A stretch of DNA of 47,041 bases from IMG/VR virus record IMGVR_UViG_3300045988_142192, positions 1-47,041 of that record, one strand, 5' to 3'. Position numbers and translations under genes: made by a program. This document shows, piece after piece, positions 41,325 through 47,013 of this stretch. The stretch's first letter is position 1, and every line of letters begins with the position of its first letter. The DNA comes from a virus. Below the pieces are notes generated by a model. It did not search any database. It was not told the DNA's origin and worked only from the letters and a program-made list of their open reading frames with translations.

Positions 41325-41352
41325 TTGCAACACTCGAGTTGTAGAGTATAAA
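41325..41352 (+). promoter_or_regulatory. Promoter TTGCAA-16-TATAAA
   Basis: Read directly from the sequence. No ORF lies downstream before the terminator at 41418-41448. Confidence 0.4.
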
Positions 41353-41358
41353 TTCAAC

Positions 41359-41448
41359 AGTTGATTGGCTAAAGATTACAATATCAACAAACAACCATAT
41401 AAGTTCAGTAAAAAGGGGAAGCTTTAAGGGGATGAAGCTTCTTTTTTT
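41359..41448 (+). ncRNA. Candidate non-coding transcript 2 (~90 nt)
   Basis: A promoter-to-terminator unit with no ATG. It has an internal GTTGAT...ATCAAC stem. Confidence 0.25.
41418..41448 (+). terminator. Intrinsic terminator
   Basis: GAAGCTT-10 nt-AAGCTTC followed by TTTTTTT. Confidence 0.65.
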
Positions 41449-41461
41449 ATGCTTGAAGTTA

Positions 41462-41493
41462 GACAAATAAAAAAGACTGCTAAAAGCAATCTT
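41462..41493 (-). terminator. Minus-strand intrinsic terminator
   Basis: On the minus strand, AAGATTGC-tttta-GCAGTCTT (one G-U pair) followed by TTTTTATTTG. Confidence 0.45.
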
Positions 41494-41609
41494 CTTTATT
41501 GACGATATAATTAATAACAAAAGAAAGGGGACACTAAAACATAGCTAAATTTTAGTACATATATATAATTCTATAAAAGCAGTTAAAATCCTTTTTATTT
41601 GGTAAAATA

Positions 41610-41638
41610 TTGACAAAATTTATTATGAAAAATATAAT
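41610..41638 (+). promoter_or_regulatory. Perfect consensus sigma-A promoter TTGACA-17-TATAAT
   Basis: -35 at 41610-41615 and -10 at 41633-41638, with an exact 17-bp spacer. No ORF lies downstream, and it faces the 3' end of the minus-strand island. Confidence 0.6.
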
Positions 41639-41644
41639 TAAGTT

Positions 41645-41763
41645 AGTACAATAAGTTTATAACTATTGTCTAGATTTTGAAATTCCGCAAGATATCATTA
41701 CATCCAAATTAAATTCTAATTTTTTAATGGCTTATACTTAATCTGTATAGGCTATTTTAATTT
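41645..41763 (+). ncRNA. Candidate non-coding transcript 3 (~118 nt), convergent with the minus-strand island
   Basis: It runs from the consensus promoter to the hairpin GGCTTATAC-ttaatct-GTATAGGCT plus ATTTTAATTT. It overlaps the stop codon of the minus-strand gene 41757-41930. Confidence 0.35.
41729..41763 (+). terminator. Intrinsic terminator (possibly bidirectional)
   Basis: A 9-bp stem with two G-U pairs and a 7-nt loop, followed by a T-rich tail. Confidence 0.5.
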
Positions 41764-41930
41764 GACTTACACACACAACATCTATCATATTCAAATCTTT
41801 GATATTTACCACATAATCTACAATATTGAAAATTATTATTATAACTACTATCGCTATAAAAATTATCTTGATGATTTCTTTCCTCGTAACAGCCTCTATT
41901 ATCCTTATCTTGATTAAATATATTAAACAT
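41757..41930 (-). CDS. small Cys-containing zinc-ribbon-like protein (57 aa)
   Basis: Hand-translated: MFNIFNQDKDNRGCYEE...YCRLCGKYQRFEYDRCCVCKSN. The SD (AAAGGG) is weak. Confidence 0.4.
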   Translation of the reverse strand: MFNIFNQDKDNRGCYEERNHQDNFYSDSSYNNNFQYCRLCGKYQRFEYDRCCVCKSN

Positions 41931-42022
41931 ATCTTACACGCCCTTTAAAATCTAATTTAAAAGGTATTATAGACACATCTGAATATATTTATGCATTAAA
42001 ATGTTTAAATAAAATGATATTT

Positions 42023-42193
42023 TTATTCAATAATTTCTGATATTTGATTATATATATCAATTAATAATTTATCAATTTCTTCTCTTTTATTGTTTAATTC
42101 TCCCAAGAATCCATTATATTCTTCCATTGAAAAATACAATAAGAATTGTTTTAATAACTTTGATTCTTCATCTGTTAGAACTATCCTAACCAT
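42023..42193 (-). CDS. hypothetical protein (56 aa)
   Basis: Hand-translated: MVRIVLTDEESKLLKQFLLYF... A TGGAGG SD lies 6 nt upstream. Confidence 0.45.
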   Translation of the reverse strand: MVRIVLTDEESKLLKQFLLYFSMEEYNGFLGELNNKREEIDKLLIDIYNQISEIIE

Positions 42194-42224
42194 AACCAAC
42201 CTCCATTTAATTAAAAGAATTATT

Positions 42225-42518
42225 TTATCTAATGCTATTTAAAATATCTGTTATTTTCCAAACTCCATTTTCCCAAGTTATAAAATCATACTTACCTAAT
42301 TTAACTTTATCATATAAACTATGGTCTTTTATCGGATAACTACCTATAACCCAAGTATCATAACCACTTGTAGTTATGCCATTAGTTTCCTTATCTCTTA
42401 TTGGTAATTCTTTGAATAACTCTACTGTTCCTTTTTCGTGTCTTGCGATGTATTTAAACCCTAAATAATAGGCGTATTTTAATTCAACATATTCTTTATC
42501 TGTCAATTTGATATTCAT
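42225..42518 (-). CDS. hypothetical protein (97 aa)
   Basis: ORF-track ORF with a GAAAGGA SD. Confidence 0.6.
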   Translation of the reverse strand: MNIKLTDKEYVELKYAYYLGFKYIARHEKGTVELFKELPIRDKETNGITTSGYDTWVIGSYPIKDHSLYDKVKLGKYDFITWENGVWKITDILNSIR

Positions 42519-42552
42519 AATTTAAATCCTTTCTAATAAAAATTATATTTCA

Positions 42553-42696
42553 CTAAAAACACATATCTTTGCATTCACAGTTATAACAATTATGACCTTC
42601 TTGATTATCACAATGACATTCTTTTTCTTTATCCGCATCCATACCACATTGTACATAACAACACTTACCACATTCTGTATTTAATATCTCACACAT
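42553..42696 (-). CDS. Cys-rich peptide (47 aa, 11 Cys)
   Basis: Hand-translated: MCEILNTECGKCCYVQCGMDADKEKECHCDNQEGHNCYNCECKDMCF. A GGTGA SD is present. Confidence 0.45.
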   Translation of the reverse strand: MCEILNTECGKCCYVQCGMDADKEKECHCDNQEGHNCYNCECKDMCF

Positions 42697-42714
42697 TACA
42701 TTCACCACATTAAA

Positions 42715-42891
42715 TTATATTTTATCTTTCTCAATAACTATCTTTCCTTCTGATTCAGTTATTTTTATTTGTCTATCTTCTATGCTAATACCTAACGTTT
42801 CAATAACCCAACTTGGTAATGATAATTTATAAATGTAAGAGTTGGGTCTATCTTTAACCTTTTGTATACTTATATTTCTAATTGCTTCCAT
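42715..42891 (-). CDS. AbrB/MazE/SpoVT-type looped-hinge-helix DNA-binding protein (58 aa)
   Basis: Hand-translated: ..YIYKLSLPSWVIETLGISIEDRQIKITESEGKIVIEK. A strong TAGGAGGG SD is present. Confidence 0.55.
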   Translation of the reverse strand: MEAIRNISIQKVKDRPNSYIYKLSLPSWVIETLGISIEDRQIKITESEGKIVIEKDKI

Positions 42892-42945
42892 AGTCCCTCC
42901 TAATTAATTGGTAAGGGCTTTTTATAGTGAGCCACCAATTTTGTA

Positions 42946-43107
42946 TTAAACTCTTTCTATTCTTGTTATAGTCCATTCTTTATTTTGATTATCCCATTGT
43001 TCAAAATTTTCTCTAGCTTCTTCTTTAGTGTTACAAGTTACTGTGCAGTTGAATTCTTCCCCAACTTTATTTCCTCTTTTTCTGTAATAAACATTATATT
43101 CTCTCAT
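42946..43107 (-). CDS. hypothetical protein (53 aa)
   Basis: Hand-translated: MREYNVYYRKRGNKVGEEFNC... An AAGGAAGG SD is present, and the consensus promoter at 43152-43180 lies upstream. Confidence 0.45.
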   Translation of the reverse strand: MREYNVYYRKRGNKVGEEFNCTVTCNTKEEARENFEQWDNQNKEWTITRIERV

Positions 43108-43151
43108 TCTTAATACCTTCCTTTTCTCTTTTATTTAACTTTCTTAATTAT

Positions 43152-43180
43152 ATTATATCTTGTTAGTAACTAACAGTCAA
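43152..43180 (-). promoter_or_regulatory. Minus-strand promoter TTGACT-17-TATAAT with the operator TGTTAG-TAA-CTAACA
   Basis: -35 at 43175-43180 and -10 at 43152-43157 (as complement). The palindrome at 43161-43175 fills the spacer. Confidence 0.65.
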
Positions 43181-43203
43181 TACTTATATTATTGTTTTTA
43201 TTT

Positions 43204-43683
43204 CTATATTGCATTTATATCGTTTAAATGTTGCTCAAAGCTTAAGTGATTAGCATAAACTTCTTTTATAGCTTCTATTCTTCTGTTAAGTCTTTTAAGT
43301 TCTTTTCCTTCTTCTTTTTTGAATATAGCTTGTAATTCACTATTTGTTTCTACTCTTGCATCTCTAGTTGCTCCAAGTTTTTTATTTGCATTTCTGTCAG
43401 CTATGTATATATATCCATCTATTAAAAAGCAATTATTTGAATGTCTGTTATCAACTAATATTTCTTTTCCGTTCATTATTAAAGTTTTTACTGTTCTTCC
43501 TTCTCCCATTTCAACTTTAACATCTGTTCCTCTACTTGTTCTATATTCTATCATTTTATTTTCTCCTTTTCTTATTAGAGAATGTGCTAATGATAATGCT
43601 AATCTGAAAGTTGCTTTATAGCTATCACCTTTTCTTATTATTTTTTTAGTTATTTCATGTGCTTTCTTCATAACATTTCTCAT
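43204..43683 (-). CDS. hypothetical protein (159 aa)
   Basis: ORF-track ORF with an AAGGAGG SD. It has a helical N-terminus, MKKAHEITKKIIRKGDSYKATFRLALSLAH. Confidence 0.6.
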   Translation of the reverse strand: MRNVMKKAHEITKKIIRKGDSYKATFRLALSLAHSLIRKGENKMIEYRTSRGTDVKVEMGEGRTVKTLIMNGKEILVDNRHSNNCFLIDGYIYIADRNANKKLGATRDARVETNSELQAIFKKEEGKELKRLNRRIEAIKEVYANHLSFEQHLNDINAI

Positions 43684-43720
43684 TTTTACATCCTCCTTAT
43701 TTATTAATTATTATACTTTA

Positions 43721-43749
43721 ATTATATGTTAGTACCTAACAAAAGTCAA
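43721..43749 (-). promoter_or_regulatory. Minus-strand promoter TTGACT-17-TATAAT with the operator TGTTAG-TAC-CTAACA
   Basis: -35 at 43744-43749 and -10 at 43721-43726 (as complement). The palindrome at 43727-43741 lies inside the spacer. Confidence 0.65.
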
Positions 43750-43771
43750 CTATATTTATAAACTTTTTTAA

Positions 43772-43903
43772 TTATTTTTCTACAACTAAAGCAATTATTT
43801 TTTTATTTTGGTCAATTATAACTTTCTTGCCTTCTACTAAATGCCATTTCCAATAATTTGGCACTTCGATTATTTTATCATTTTCAAGTAATTTTATTTT
43901 CAT
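43772..43903 (-). CDS. hypothetical protein (43 aa)
   Basis: Hand-translated: MKIKLLENDKIIEVPNYWKWHLVEGKK... A strong AAAGGAGGA SD is present. Confidence 0.45.
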   Translation of the reverse strand: MKIKLLENDKIIEVPNYWKWHLVEGKKVIIDQNKKIIALVVEK

Positions 43904-43960
43904 ATTTCCTCCTTTGGTATGAGTTGCTTAACTCTACTAGGTGCTTGTAAAATTTTAACA

Positions 43961-43988
43961 ATTATATTGTATATGAGTTTATCCACAA
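43961..43988 (-). promoter_or_regulatory. Leftward promoter TTGTGG-16-TATAAT overlapping the DnaA boxes
   Basis: -10 complement at 43961-43966. The -35 complement at 43983-43988 lies within the first two DnaA boxes. Confidence 0.45.
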
Positions 43989-44005
43989 TATCCACATAAT
44001 CCACA
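43979..44005. promoter_or_regulatory. Three abutting DnaA boxes
   Basis: TTATCCACA (perfect consensus), ATATCCACA and TAATCCACA sit head to tail. Confidence 0.7.
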
Positions 44006-44043
44006 AATATTGTTTATAGCTTAAACCGTTGAAAATACTGCAC

Positions 44044-44152
44044 ACGTTCCGTGGAATTGACGGTATAAGTAAAAATATAATACCCACACATTCCGTGGAA
44101 TTGACGGGGTACATTCCGTGGAATTGACGGGGTTAATTCGATGGAATTGAAC
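44044..44152. repeat. Iteron array TTCCGTGGAATTGACGG x3 exact plus one degenerate copy
   Basis: Cores lie at 44047, 44091 and 44114. The 23-mer ACATTCCGTGGAATTGACGGGGT is exactly tandem at 44088-44133. A degenerate copy is at 44137-44152. Confidence 0.85.
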
Positions 44153-44162
44153 AAAGATAGAT

Positions 44163-44188
44163 AAGTTATTATAGGGAAGTTATTATAG
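44163..44188. repeat. Direct repeat AAGTTATTATAG x2 in the AT-rich tract
   Basis: Copies at 44163-44174 and 44177-44188. Confidence 0.7.
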
Positions 44189-44227
44189 ATATATATATAA
44201 TAAAAAAATAGCTTTTAATAAAAAACA

Positions 44228-44256
44228 TTTACATATTTTATTTGATAGTGTATAAT
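44228..44256 (+). promoter_or_regulatory. Rightward promoter TTTACA-17-TATAAT
   Basis: -35 at 44228-44233 and -10 at 44251-44256. It reads into gene 44287. Confidence 0.55.
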
Positions 44257-44286
44257 AATATTAACAAACAAATAAGGAGGTTAAAA

Positions 44287-44622
44287 ATGAATATCAATTT
44301 TGAAATGGCTATAAGTAATAACATTGATGTAAAAGATATAACTCTTATAAGTTACTTATCTTTAATATCAGAAAAAGAAAAATTAGGTGAAGAGTTTGAA
44401 TTGCCATATAACAGAATAATAAATGATTTGCCTATTATATTTAATAGTAAAAGTTATGAAGCTAATTCCGTTAAGCTTAGAAGAATGTTAGATAAAGAAG
44501 GTATGAAAAAATTTATAACAAGGGAAATTTTAAAAAAGGGTAGAGAATTTGGAACTGTTGTTTTATTTAAGCTTAATAAATCAAATATAGAGAAACTTAA
44601 TGTAAAAGGAATAGTTAAATAA
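44287..44622 (+). CDS. Origin-adjacent small protein (111 aa), possible winged-helix DNA binder
   Basis: ATG 44287 follows an AAGGAGG SD. The track's TTG 44242 lies inside the promoter. It is the first gene after the iterons. Confidence 0.45.
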   Translation: MNINFEMAISNNIDVKDITLISYLSLISEKEKLGEEFELPYNRIINDLPIIFNSKSYEANSVKLRRMLDKEGMKKFITREILKKGREFGTVVLFKLNKSNIEKLNVKGIVK

Positions 44623-44638
44623 TAAGGGGGCTGACTAA

Positions 44639-45517
44639 ATGAAATATATACACGGCTTTTTAAGTAGTAGATTGAAAGAGGAAAAAATAAGCCATGATGA
44701 AAGCTTAGTTATAAGATATTTATTAAATTTTATAAATAGTAACAAAATGGAAAAAATACTTGTAAACGGTGAATTTTATTATTGGGTAAAATATGAAAAA
44801 GTTGCAACAGATTTAGATATATTAGGAATTAAAAAGCAGGCTATAAGTGATATGTTAATTTATGATTTAGGAGAAAAGCCAAGTGATTGGGAGGAAAGGC
44901 TTAACTCAATGAAAGAAAGTAGTAGAAAGAAAAAAATGAAATCTAAATTTATAGGAGTATTTAAAAGATATACTAAAAAAGATGCAGAAGGTACTAAGTC
45001 TTATTTTGCACCTACTGAAAAATTATATTCTTTATTGCCAAACATAACAGAAGATGATGAAGATATGAAAAATAAAAAAGCTTCTACTGTGCCACCAGTA
45101 AAAGCAGATAATAAAAACAATGATTTTAATAATAGTATACCACAAAACGAAGAAAAAAATGCAGATAAAAATGAAAAAAATAAAGAAAGTGAAGTTGTGG
45201 AAATTATAAACAATAGTTGTGTAAATATCAGAAAGCAAGACTTGAAAAAATGTGAAGAAGAATTTACTGATATAGATAAATTGAAAGAAGCTTTAGAAAT
45301 ATGCGAGGTCAATAATTCTCATGGTATAAAAGCTTTAAGAATGGCTTATAAATATGGAAATGTTAATATCAATAATGCGAACAAGAAACAAAGTACAATA
45401 TTTATGGCAGATAGTAAGGTTATTGTAGATGGAAAATTAAAAAGCGTAGCTGATATGACTGAAAAAGAATTTGAGCAAAAGCTTCGAGAAAAATGGGGAA
45501 GAAACTTTATAGGTTAA
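44639..45517 (+). CDS. Candidate plasmid-type replication initiator (292 aa)
   Basis: Its position follows the DnaA boxes, iterons and AT-rich tract. The N-terminus (HDESLVIRYLLNFINSNKMEKILVNGEFYYWVKYEKVATDL) is winged-helix-like, followed by a low-complexity linker and a C-terminal domain. I recognised no family signature. Confidence 0.4.
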   Translation: MKYIHGFLSSRLKEEKISHDESLVIRYLLNFINSNKMEKILVNGEFYYWVKYEKVATDLDILGIKKQAISDMLIYDLGEKPSDWEERLNSMKESSRKKKMKSKFIGVFKRYTKKDAEGTKSYFAPTEKLYSLLPNITEDDEDMKNKKASTVPPVKADNKNNDFNNSIPQNEEKNADKNEKNKESEVVEIINNSCVNIRKQDLKKCEEEFTDIDKLKEALEICEVNNSHGIKALRMAYKYGNVNINNANKKQSTIFMADSKVIVDGKLKSVADMTEKEFEQKLREKWGRNFIG

Positions 45518-45602
45518 AACGAATTTAAAAGGCATTGAGAGAGGTTTTAAACTTCCCTTAATGTAAATCAAAGGATAAAATATTGAAATAAGAGGGGATA
45601 AA

Positions 45603-46169
45603 ATGGGGAAGCGTTGGAGTAATGAAGAGATAAAATATTTAGAAGATAATTGGTATCATGTAACTACTAAATATATAGCTAATAAGCTAAAAAGAACAGA
45701 GTCGAGCGTATCTACTAAAGCTTATAAAATAGGTTTATCAACTAAGATGTTGTATTATTCAGTTTATGAAGTTTCTTTGATGTTGGGAGTAAGTAAAGCA
45801 AAGATAACTAGAAATATAAATAATGGTAAGCTAAGAGCGTATAAAGATAGAACGCTTCATAAAAGATTTTCAATAAAAGAAGAAGATTTAAAAGAGTGGA
45901 TGATAAACAATCAAGATGCTTGGGATAGTAGGAAGCTTACAGTAAATTTTTTCAGTATGAAGGATGAATGGTTTAAGGCTAAAGTAGAAAAAGATAAGAA
46001 AAAATCTATAAAAAAAGGTGAAGCTTATACAGTTGAGGAAGATAAAGCAATAGTTTATATGTATAGGCATAACTATTCAGCTAGTGAAATAGGAAAGCAT
46101 ATTGGAAGAGATAAAAAAAGTATTATAAATAGACTAGAAAAAATAAACTATGGAATAGGGGTATATTAA
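45603..46169 (+). CDS. DNA-binding protein with two Myb/SANT-like repeats flanking an excisionase/MerR-type HTH (188 aa)
   Basis: KRWSNEEIKYLEDNW and AYTVEEDKAIVYMY..ASEIGKHIGRDKKSIINR are the Myb/SANT-like repeats. The central HTH is YSVYEVSLMLGVSKAKITRNINNGKLRAY. Confidence 0.5.
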   Translation: MGKRWSNEEIKYLEDNWYHVTTKYIANKLKRTESSVSTKAYKIGLSTKMLYYSVYEVSLMLGVSKAKITRNINNGKLRAYKDRTLHKRFSIKEEDLKEWMINNQDAWDSRKLTVNFFSMKDEWFKAKVEKDKKKSIKKGEAYTVEEDKAIVYMYRHNYSASEIGKHIGRDKKSIINRLEKINYGIGVY

Positions 46170-46188
46170 ACAAGGGGGATAACTAAAG

Positions 46189-46278
46189 ATGAAGATTATA
46201 TTAGGGGTATCAATTTATATTATCGCAGCAATATTTTTCTATTCACTTCTTACAGTAGGGGGAAGATATGATGATTAG
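46189..46278 (+). CDS. tiny membrane peptide (29 aa)
   Basis: MKIILGVSIYIIAAIFFYSLLTVGG follows an AAGGGGGA SD. Confidence 0.3.
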   Translation: MKIILGVSIYIIAAIFFYSLLTVGGRYDD

Positions 46279-46438
46279 AATATTTGATGATAATAAACAT
46301 ATCTGCGAATGTTGTGATAATGACAGTATTATACTTATAGATTTTACAGAAGATACGAAGCCACAAGATTTAGGAAATAGAGTGTATCTTTGTAATGAGC
46401 ATAAAGAAAAGTTAATAGATTTATTATTACCGTTTTAA
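46268..46438 (+). CDS. small Cys-containing protein (56 aa)
   Basis: ..HICECCDN...YLCNEH. It overlaps the previous ORF's end, and a GGGGGAAG SD is present. Confidence 0.4.
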   Translation: MMIRIFDDNKHICECCDNDSIILIDFTEDTKPQDLGNRVYLCNEHKEKLIDLLLPF

Positions 46439-46441
46439 ATT

Positions 46442-46468
46442 TAAATAAAATCAAAATTTTAAAGGAAG
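46442..46468. repeat. Gene-boundary motif TAAATAAAATCAAAATTTTAAAGGAAG
   Basis: The first 21 nt are identical to 14642-14662. Confidence 0.8.
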
Positions 46469-46788
46469 TGATAGATGTGGCAAGAAAAGAAAAATATTAT
46501 GGAACTTTAGTTATGATTACAGGAAATCAATATGAAAAACTTGTAGAGTTAGGATATAAAGGTTATCATAATCAATTTAGGGTAGTGTGTAAGGCTAAAA
46601 GTATGGCAGAAGCAAATAGAATAGCAGAAAGCTATAATTTGGGGAGTAATGTATTTCATAGAGATTATACTTGTGAAACAGGTAATGCTTTAGAAATAGA
46701 ATTAGCAGATAAATATGGTTTTATAATAAAGATAAGTGGAACTCTTGGAGATAAATATACTGATATTAAAAATATAAATAATTTCTAA
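46468..46788 (+). CDS. hypothetical protein (106 aa; GTG start, alternative GTG at 46477)
   Basis: ORF-track ORF with an AAAGGAAG SD adjacent. Confidence 0.5.
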   Translation: MIDVARKEKYYGTLVMITGNQYEKLVELGYKGYHNQFRVVCKAKSMAEANRIAESYNLGSNVFHRDYTCETGNALEIELADKYGFIIKISGTLGDKYTDIKNINNF

Positions 46789-46806
46789 GTAAAATAAAAC
46801 TTTTAT
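46785..46806. repeat. Gene-boundary motif CTAAGTAAAATAAAACTTTTAT
   Basis: One mismatch to 14938-14958. Confidence 0.75.
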
Positions 46807-46827
46807 TTAAATATACAGGAGGATATT

Positions 46828-47013
46828 ATGGAGAAAGAAATATTAGAACTTGCTAAAAATATAGCACCATCTACACAGTTATCAGTAGAACAAGTAGCTG
46901 GTGTTATTTATAAAATTATTGATAGTCAAAAGAAGTCAAGAATTAAATTTGAAATAGATGAAGAATATATTCAAAAAGCTATTTGGGTCAAAACTGTGAT
47001 GGGAGAAATATAA
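46828..47013 (+). CDS. hypothetical protein (61 aa)
   Basis: ORF-track ORF with a CAGGAGGA SD. Its 3' end lies in the 55-bp overlap, so it also appears at 1-27. Confidence 0.5.
   Translation: MEKEILELAKNIAPSTQLSVEQVAGVIYKIIDSQKKSRIKFEIDEEYIQKAIWVKTVMGEI

Larger units (their letters stand above)
1..46986 (+). mobile_element. Complete circular genome of a temperate PBSX/Xkd-type contractile-tailed phage, probably a phage-plasmid
   Basis: Full replication, regulation, packaging, head, sheath/tube/baseplate and lysis modules are present. The window ends overlap exactly by 55 bp. No integrase is seen, and a plasmid-type origin lies at 43979-44256. Confidence 0.8.

Noticed and set aside
41320-41520. 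A 66-aa minus-strand ORF in the non-coding tract.
   Set aside because: It runs straight through two terminator hairpins, has no SD, and has a low-complexity sequence. The tract is better explained by promoter/terminator units.
42553-42696. The Cys-rich 47-aa and 57-aa peptides, considered as RiPP precursors (SCIFF/ranthipeptide/sactipeptide-like).
   Set aside because: No radical-SAM maturase, protease or transporter is encoded anywhere in the element. Metal-binding or zinc-ribbon mini-proteins are the more conservative reading.
44044-44152. The repeat arrays at 44.0 kb, 22.56 kb and 5.95 kb, considered as CRISPR arrays.
   Set aside because: The repeats are 12-23 bp long, abutting or at 23-bp phase, with no unique spacers of CRISPR length. 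No cas genes are present. The architecture fits iterons.
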